This document shows, one piece after another, positions 55,421-64,000 of a stretch of DNA of 64,000 bases; position 1 is the stretch's first letter, and the number at the start of each line of letters is the position of its first letter. Source of the DNA: Eledone cirrhosa (lineage: Eukaryota); NCBI GenBank assembly GCA_964016885.1, contig OZ024740.1:241738001-241802000 (forward strand), written 5' to 3'. Position numbers and translations under genes: made by a program. Below the pieces are notes generated by a model. It was not told the origin of the DNA. It did no database searches and was given only the letters and a program-made list of their open reading frames with translations.

Positions 55421-58400
55421 GGAGCTCTTAAGAGTCAATGGCCATCCAAAATCACCGGGAGAGATGACCCCTTAGTCTTTGTCAAGGCAGAATTCTAGGA
55501 GAAGGAAAACTCTGATATAACACCTGCAACCCTGATAGTATCCAATGATGTTGACTTGTTCTTCTTTTTGGTAAATATCATCTTGGTTAAGAGAGTGGGA
55601 CTGGCTTTGTGCAGTGCCTTTGCTCACTATAAAAGCTTCACGGCACAGGCATTGCGTTATATCTGGAGATCTCTCTGCACTTGTCGTCACATGGTACCAT
55701 GGGCCCAGCACTATGTGTCAATAATTGTCACAAGTGTAGTGTTTGTACCAGAGTTTTCAAGTCGCTGGGTGGACTAAAAAGTCACACTCGTTCAGCGCAT
55801 CGGTAGGAGTTCTCCTACATGGATATAAAGTAGTGGCCGTACTCGAAAATGAGTTGGCAGCCACCATGTATGTATGTATGTATGTATGTATGTATGTATG
55901 TATGTATGTATGTATGTATGTATGTACGTATGTATGTAGAAATAATCGGGCTAGATACCCAATCGTGCGGTTAAACAACTGGGAGTGAAGGACCGCTAGC
56001 CTTTGTCAGGACATTCTTCTAGGAGAAGGTAACTCAGGAAACTGGGATAACTCTAACATAAAACCTGCGGCTCAGTAGTTACCGATGATGTTGATCTTTT
56101 CTTCTTTTCGGGTCAGTGCCCTCTCTTTCCTGACTTCAAAAAAAATCTTCACGCACAGGCATTGCACGATAGCATTAATTAATAATTATTAATAATGTTA
56201 TATTGTGCACTGGCCATACTCGATAACGAGAGGGCATCCATCATGTATGTATATGTGTGTGCGTGTGTGTGTGTGTGTGTGCGTACGTTCGTGTGTGTGC
56301 GTGTGTGCGTGTGTGTGTGTGTGTTTGTATGCAAGTATACGTGCATTTATGAGTGGACGCAGTGAGGCCTAATAGTTAAGAAGTTTGCTTTGCAGCCATT
56401 AGGGCCCTGGTTCGATCCTACTGTATCACATCTTTGGCCTTGGGTCAATCCGAGAGAAATAGAATAGACGGAAACTGTTTGCATGCCTGTCGAGTGGATT
56501 GTATCTGTAATTATAAGGGCCAGCTTTGACATATTTGGTCATGCTGAACATCCATGCTGAATAAGATAAAGGAACACGTGTCAGTAGAATAAAATTCAGT
56601 TCTATCTATTATTCTAAAAAGTTCAGTTAAGACCTAGAATGCTGCACTACTCTAAAATCTTGGATTGTCCGACACATACACACACAAACGTGCCAAGTTT
56701 GCATGTAGAGAAAAGCCACATGGTAATGGATTTACGTCACTCACAAACGCATTCCAGCCTGCATTTTTACCGCTACTACAATGGCTTCTAAATTTTTGGG
56801 CTTGACGCTGTATTGCCACTTTCATTGAGAAGTCTACCGTCACCTTATCTTCTATATTATATTCAACCACCTCTAGATGCCACACCGTTATAAATAGTCA
56901 TTTCTCCCCAAAACGTCTCTCTAAACTTCTTTCCCTTGGCCTCTGACAATTTGGTTTGATTTTAGCGTCCGCATGTCTTTACATATCTTATACAACGCAC
57001 CATTCGTGTTTAGTGTAGAAGAATTGATCAAGTGTTATTTTTGTTGTCACCATTTCGTCTTTAAAGTTGTTTATAACAGACCTCGTGTGTAATGAGATAG
57101 ATGTACAAGTAAGCAGTAAGCAGAAGACAGTGTGTAAGAGAGAGAAAGAGCGAGAGAGGGAGAGAGAGATCAGTGACGTCGCAACGCATTTCTACAGATG
57201 TGTAAACTGGAACAACGTGAGATAAAGTGTCTTGCTGATGGACACAACGCTTTACCCGAACTGAGAATCGAACTCACAACCTTTCAATTCCAAGCCCAAC
57301 GCTCTAGCCACCTTCACTGGTTTCTATAGTGAACCACTTATATATAGACAACTTGCGCTCTCCTTATCCACTGTCTTTGTAAAAACACCCAGTACGATCG
57401 GGGGGAATAGCCTGAGATTCGCTCAAATCTATGTTGGCGCGTTCACATAATCTAATTGTTATGTCAGTCAATTGGCACCGTTTGATTAGATCCTAGAGGC
57501 CACAGCTTCCCTTTGAACACAAGTTCTATTGGATACCATTGTGCACTTAACATACCATTGTAGTTGATCATTAATTATAATGAGCGAACTGTAACCAGAA
57601 TATTCTACAATGACTGAAAATGTCGTCTGAGTTCTGAAATATTGTCCTTACCTCGAAACATGCGTCTTACTTAAACAGCACAGCCACCTCGCACGACCCA
57701 ACTCGCTCGTGTTCGGCCAGAAGAATTGTATGTCGAAAATCGCTTATGGATACAACGTAAATCATCTATAATCATAGGCTGTAATCACAAAATGATGTAA
57801 AATATCATACTAAGAGTAGTATTAAGAGAGTCATAACGAGTGCAAACAAGATTTTATTAAAATAGACACACGCTGACGTATTTTTTCATTGTTAAAGTTG
57901 TGGCCATTCAATGACGAATTTGTGTGGTGGTCTGTAGGGTAAAACAACATCACAAAATACTCTTTATTTACAGAGAGCTGCACCATTGCTTTGATGTCGC
58001 CTCGCAAAAATCCCTCCCATTAAATCAAATTAAATTAAAGTTAATTACTGTTCTCGTTATTAAACACAATTTAAGTAAAGAAGTTATATAGTGTTAGCTT
58101 AAGATAAATTAGAAAATAAAGAGTTATTCATCTGTTAGAAAATGTAAATGTTAATGTGTAGATGTGTAATGTGGGTATAGGCAAGCCGGAACTGATAAAC
58201 AGTTACCGTTGCAACTACATGCCTGATGGTTTGACTCTACTGAACCGCTTCTCCTATAGTCACGGGTTGACTAATTCCTTATCAGTAGTATTTCATTAAC
58301 AGAAAGTGTACTAAAGCCCATCCTGTGCGCATGTACTTATGCACATTATACACATTGTACATAGTAAATTTAGCGTATCGTTTTAGGTGCATTTAGTAGT

Positions 58401-58970
58401 TTCAGTTTTAAAGATAAATATAGAGGGAGAGGGAGAGGAGACAGAGAAGGACAATGAAAGAGAGAGCTGGTGGTGTTGTTGTGTATATATATATGTGAGT
58501 GTGTGTGTATATATATGTGTGTGTTTATGACCAGTATATATAGATCACAGACACGCACATATATATTTATATGTATATACACACACATTTATATATATAC
58601 ATACACACATGTATATATATGAGCCTTCCAGTTTCCTTTCACATTATATGTATGTGTATATTTGAATTATTTAAAAATTATATTTAAGTGAACATAATTT
58701 TAAAAAAATATTTTGAAGTGAACGTGACCCAACGGATAACGGGTGGCCTAGTATTAAATAAACTCTGATTACAAAATAAGTTCTTCCAATATTGTTTCTT
58801 TATTCTGGAAGCCATGAAAGGGGACGATTATATGACTAACTTATTTTAGACTTATAATCTCCTGAATTAAGGTTTTGGCATAAGTTTAATACGTTAAATT
58901 ACTTCTGTGGGTAACATCTTATCCGTTTGTTTTATCCATTCATTGAGATGTCTAAGTGTTAGACAAATAA

Positions 58971-59037
<67 letters not shown>

Positions 59038-59080
59038 GAGGACGTTATAGTTAAATAGGTTATAGTTGACAACTTTACTT

Positions 59081-59117
59081 CGCTCTGAAGAAGAGATATT
59101 ATCTCGAAAATTAAGGA
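59081..59117 (+). ncRNA. Possible very minimal hammerhead
   Basis: CTGAAGA-agagat(att)atctc-GAAAA-TTA; stems I and III weak. Confidence 0.4.
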
Positions 59118-59230
59118 CATTTAAATAAATCTAAGGTAAAAGACTAATTGTCAACAATATCTTTTGCATTTGCATTCTTTATTCTATGTCCATACCTGCA
59201 TTGTTTTGGCTTTATTATACATATACAAAC

Positions 59231-59282
<52 letters not shown>

Positions 59283-59356
59283 TAGCAATAGCACTAACAC
59301 ATCGTGATTCTATGTCCATACCTGCATTGTTTTGGCTTTATTATACATATACAAAC

Positions 59357-59391
<35 letters not shown>

Positions 59392-59414
59392 GTATAAAAA
59401 TCAATACAATATAA

Positions 59415-59490
59415 TTACCTCATTACCAGAGGTTTCCCGAATGAGGCGAATACGAAATAAACGTCTTCATTCGTTCGTCAGACGAGGCAA
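59415..59490 (-). ncRNA. Type I hammerhead ribozyme in the PLE terminal repeat
   Basis: ttgcctcgt-CTGACGA-acgaatga...tcattcgg-GAAA-cctctg-GTA-atgaggtaa; 9-bp stem I. Confidence 0.82.
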
Positions 59491-60260
59491 TATAAAACAT
59501 GGGTAAATACTTAGAAAAACTCATCAAGAAAATCAAAAAAAGATATAGACAAATGAATTAGAAATTGAAATATATAAAAATCTATCAAGAAATATAGTTA
59601 GGTGTGTGTATATGTATGTATATACGCTCACAGATGTGCATATATGTATATGCACATGTGTATACGTATAGTGAAAAAGTGTGCGTAAATCTAAAATTTA
59701 GGGCAAATGTATCTGTATGTCTGTAATCTACATACAGAATAGTTACATCGTAAATATATGAATATGAAGGCTCGCGCATAAAACGCCTGCACACTCGTAC
59801 ACTTAGATGCAGAAGTAAAAGAGGTAAGGGAGTGTAATAATTAAAGGAAAGTATCAATCTCGATATATTTATAAAAATGTAACAATAAATTAGAAAGAAA
59901 AAATTTTAGAAAGAAAAAATTAAAGAAAAGAAGACAAAAAAAGGTTACATACATACACAGACACGCATGTCTCACAAAAGAAACGCAAAAATATATATGC
60001 TTATATACACACGCGCACTTACACATCCATACGTTCAATACGTACATACACACACACACACACACACATACTTACACTAACGCATATTAACCTGTTTGCA
60101 TGCACACGCATAAAACTGAGTAAGTAAAAAAAAGAAAGAAAGAGAGGGGGGTGGGAGAAGAAAAAAGGAACAAAAACATAAAACCGAGATGTCAAAAACA
60201 CGGATATAAAGACACATACACATACGCATAATATATACATACACACACACACATACATAT

Positions 60261-60334
<74 letters not shown>

Positions 60335-60732
60335 TCACGCACGCGCGCGCACATACGTAGTCACTCATGTATATATATAAAAGTATACACACATTAAGGC
60401 GTTCAGCCATATTGATACAGGGTGTAAAAAACTTGTGGATAAGTAAGTACAAATATAAAATTGTAAGATTGGCTGCGCAAAAAAAATAAAAAATAAAAAT
60501 AAAAATGAAAAATATATCTGGATTGAAAAACACAAAAGACATGTGTAATCAGTTAGTGGAGGGAAAAGGGAAGTAAAAGAAGGGGAAGTAAAAAATGGAA
60601 AGTGAATCGGAGAATAAAGGGGGGGGGGTGTGAAGTAAAAATAAAAATAAAAATAAAAATAAATGAAATTATTAACAAGGATAAAAATGAAAGTAAGTCA
60701 GAAAGGGTAATTAAAAAGAGAATAATAAGAGT

Positions 60733-61430
60733 TTATGGAGGATAAGTATCTGAAAGTGTGTTAAGTTTATATGAGCTGGAAAGCAGGTGTGATTTCATGT
60801 GTGGGCAACTGGTGAAAATTTCCGTCTTTGTGTTCAGGCAGGTCTTTGGTGATTTTAGATTTTGCAATATCCAATATTTTTCATTTATGCAGAGCGTGCA
60901 TTTTTTGTTCCTCTAGCATATTTTTTAGATTGGTTCAAAATTGACCAATCTAATTTATATTGGATGCCTTGGTCTTTCAAATCCCAAATTCTGCTAGCCA
61001 GAGCTGTTGTAAATCTTTTTCTGGATGTCGAAAGGATGCGACATGTGAGTAATAACGCGTTTTGAATTTGTCTTGCGTCATACCCACATATCGTTCACTG
61101 GTGGCTGGATGGTTGTTGATGATGGTTGTCACTTTAGCCGCATATACAATGGCTTTGGTGTTGCATTTACCTTGTAATGGGCATTCACTTTTGATTCTAC
61201 AGGAGCAAGTTTGATTTTCTCTAGGTGATATTTTGTTGAGGATATAGGACCTAATAGGGGGACTGCAGGAATAGCTAATTTTAACGCAGTTTCTGTTAAA
61301 GATCTTATAGTATCTATGTGTTCTAGGGAAATGTTTATCTAGGAGCTCAAGGAATTTTTTGCCTACATTAGTTTTAACTGCTAGAGAGTAGGGGGGGTGT
61401 GAACCAGATTTTTTTTTTTCCTATTTTTAT
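60733..61430 (-). pseudogene. PLE C-terminal thumb, Cys linker and GIY-YIG endonuclease (missed by the ORF track)
   Basis: Hand translation: IWFTPPYS..KTNVGKKFLELLDKHFP..KIFNRNCVKISYSC..CSCR..CPLQGKC..IVYAAKV..YVGMT..FKTRYYSH..CTLCINEK..LNTKTEIFTSCPH; frameshifts fall in homopolymer runs. Confidence 0.88.
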
Positions 61431-61490
61431 GTTTAATAGAGTTAGTATAGTTAGGTATGTATTTAATCGGTTCGCTAAAACCGCTTTATA

Positions 61491-61566
61491 TTGCCTCGTC
61501 TGTCGAACGAATGAAGACGTTTATTTCGTATTCGCCTCATTCGGGAAACCTCTGGTAATGAGGTAA
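61491..61566 (+). ncRNA. Inverted copy of the 59415-59490 hammerhead with a core mutation (CTGTCGA)
   Basis: Otherwise identical sequence. Confidence 0.7.
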
Positions 61567-61666
61567 TTATATTGTATTGATTTTTATACATTAAATTTTG
61601 CTCTGATACTTTCATAGAGCACTCTTCACTTCTATGACCTTTTCTGTTTCCAACGGAAATTTCAAT

Positions 61667-61784
<118 letters not shown>

Positions 61785-63551
61785 GCAATAGCACTAACAC
61801 ATCGTGATTCCGAATTGATGTATACAATGAATATATGTACGATATATATTTTTAATCGATCGACACGAACCCAGACCTCATTTCCTTATCGAGTGGGGTG
61901 AAACTCCACAGTCTCATCAGACTCATCAGACCGAAGAAACAGTGTTTCTATTGTTTTTTTCCATTGCTGACACTATCTATCGGTCGCAACTCCTGATAGA
62001 AAGTACAACGGAAATAAAATGTCTTGCTCAAGAACAAAACGCAACCTCATGATTGCGAATCCAATTCTCTAACCATTAAGATACGTGCCTTCAATTATAC
62101 TATGTAATTATATATACATATCTAAGTGCGTGTGTGTGTGTGTGTGTGTGTATGCGTCTTCTCCATCTTTCCTCCACATTAAGCTTGCCATGCAACTTTC
62201 TCGTTGATCTAAAATAGAAAAAACTCAGGAATTTATACAATTTCTATAATGCCGCGCAAGGAACAATGCAAAAACTGAAGTATTTAGTTCTGTATCACAT
62301 TCCTGTTAATGTTACGTTGCACTGAAATAATAGAATGTCCAACCATTCATCCAATCAGTGCAAAGAACTCTCTATCCTATCCAGCCACCGTTCACTTCAT
62401 CATCAAAATTAAGGCTTTTCAATAGCTAATTTGTTCGAAATTATTCACAGTAGCACAACGCATACTGTTTCATTGCAACTACCCAGGTCATTGCATTGAC
62501 GTCAAACAGCCAATAAAAAGTATCAAAGTAAAAACTAAATTAAAGTTAATGATCACTAAACCGTATTAGCAATTATTGTAGTAGTAATTAAGCACAGTAT
62601 GAGTAATAATTTGTTTATTATGTTATAATTAGGAAATACACTTTCATAGTGTTATGAAGATAAAAGATGAATTTCGCAGTTGAAAAGATGCCAGATTATT
62701 GCGTGTAGGTTTCCAGATAAACAAATTAGCTAAATGAATTGTGATGCATCGAATTACGGGTTTCCCTTAAATGTTTCCAGAGATGTTTGCAGTAGAATTG
62801 AAGTCAGGTCAATGTGTTCATATTTTTATTGTTTATCTCTAGGTCAACATAGGTTAAGCAGACCTTTAAGAAAAACGTGTCACTTTCACCATAGTTTCAG
62901 ACCATGCATTATCTAGTGTGTTATGTTTATAAAGTTGGTATTGTCTGATTAGAAGAGAATTTACCTATTTTTGGCAGGTCAAGTAATCACCTAAATACAC
63001 CTTTGTTAACGCTTTTAAAAGTATAAATTCCTGTTCGTATAAAATATTTTCACTGTGTAAAGAAAACTTCCAAAAAGCAGGGATTTACAGCATCTGCGAC
63101 TGTTTTCAGGAGACTAAGAACAGCTTTGAAGGATTAGAAATTGTGTTAAAACAATTTGTATACGATTTCACCCTTCATTGATCTAGGATGTATGAGCTGA
63201 ATTTCAGTACTATGTAATTCATCATTCTCAGTCCTCCCAAGGCCGCCCTAAGTCGGGATCTATTGATCCTATCCTGTTATCCTGTGCCGCTCTCATCCTT
63301 ATAAAGCCCATAAGCTTTTCGATGCCATCCATGCCTTCGTTTCCGGTTCTGCTTTACTCGTCTTCATGAACCTATCACCTGTTTCCATTTGTTCGAATCA
63401 CACGTCCTTCACACTTACATTTTCCCTTCTTAATTGTTTTTATGATATCATCTTCCTTTGCTATCTTATCCATATAAGATCCACATTACTATACTTCTTT
63501 GTGTTGTTCTAAGTTTCTACTACTATTAGCAAATTAAACCAATATTTCTGG

Positions 63552-63739
63552 CCTGTCAACTCTCCCCGTCCCATGGGGAGATATCTCACCCACTTTGGGG
63601 TGAGTGAGAGTTGTCTTCACTTGTGAAAATGGGTATAGCTTTCATTATGTAAAATCTCCCCATTTCTCGTCATTTCTCCCCGTTTTGGGGCACTTTTTAC
63701 GGTACTCCCCGTTTGGGTATTTAGAGGTTGGCAGGTCTG
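63552..63739. mobile_element. Possible small DNA-transposon MITE
   Basis: Imperfect TIRs ctggcctgtcaactc / gaggttggcaggtctg. Confidence 0.4.
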
Positions 63740-63760
63740 GTATTCGATAGAATTTATAAT

Positions 63761-63872
63761 AATTGTTTCTACTTTTGGCACAAGGCCAGCAATTAATCCA
63801 TTGTATTACTGACACTTTATTTTATTGACCCCGTAAGGATGAAAGGCAAAGTTAACGTCGACGGGATTTGAA
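63761..63872 (-). mobile_element. 5'-truncated Nin/Deu-domain SINE
   Basis: Family match over the 3' half. Confidence 0.8.
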
Positions 63873-64000
63873 ATAATGAAACAAAGATCTGCTATTTCAT
63901 TCATAGAAAGATCTAAACCAACTGTTCTATAATAATTCCTAGATTTTCGAAAAAAATGTTTCAATGATATCTTTAATAACTGATACAAACAGCCATTGTT

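Larger units (their letters stand above)
59390..61592 (-). mobile_element. 5'-truncated Penelope-like element (Naiad-like) with inverted terminal repeat copies
   Basis: GIY-YIG coding remnant at 60733-61430; 59390-59496 is the reverse complement of about 61485-61592; (TA)n flanks. Confidence 0.85.

Noticed and set aside
60733-61430. Selenoprotein coding in the Naiad-like element
   Set aside because: All Cys positions in the preserved part are TGC or TGT.
61870-61935. Two CTGATGA boxes on the minus strand and a GAAAC...GTC on the plus strand
   Set aside because: Could not assemble stems I-III on one strand; the same applies to isolated boxes at 9663, 38184, 40577 and 48631 and the half motif at 49418.

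Overview
Eukaryotic, AT-rich, microsatellite-dense genomic DNA. The SINE and repeat content suggests a mollusc, probably a cephalopod (inference). One host gene can be assembled by hand on the minus strand from five coding exons spread over 40 kb (53174-13492), including a 12-nt microexon. It encodes a secreted protein of about 401 aa with two VWA domains. Introns and flanks hold decayed retroelements (two Penelope-like elements, three Tx1/L1-type LINEs, two Dong/R4-type REL fragments), Nin/Deu-domain tRNA-SINEs, mariner and hAT relics and a probable Helitron. The most unusual signal is not in the ORF track: about 19 type-I hammerhead ribozyme (HHR) motifs from about ten unrelated short repeat families, mostly embedded in (TA)n. 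They include a ~490-bp tandem repeat with one intact HHR and an octamer motif per unit (retrozyme-like), and many copies are folded back into palindromes. All RNA pairings were made by eye. The many YIYI-type ORFs are microsatellite artefacts.
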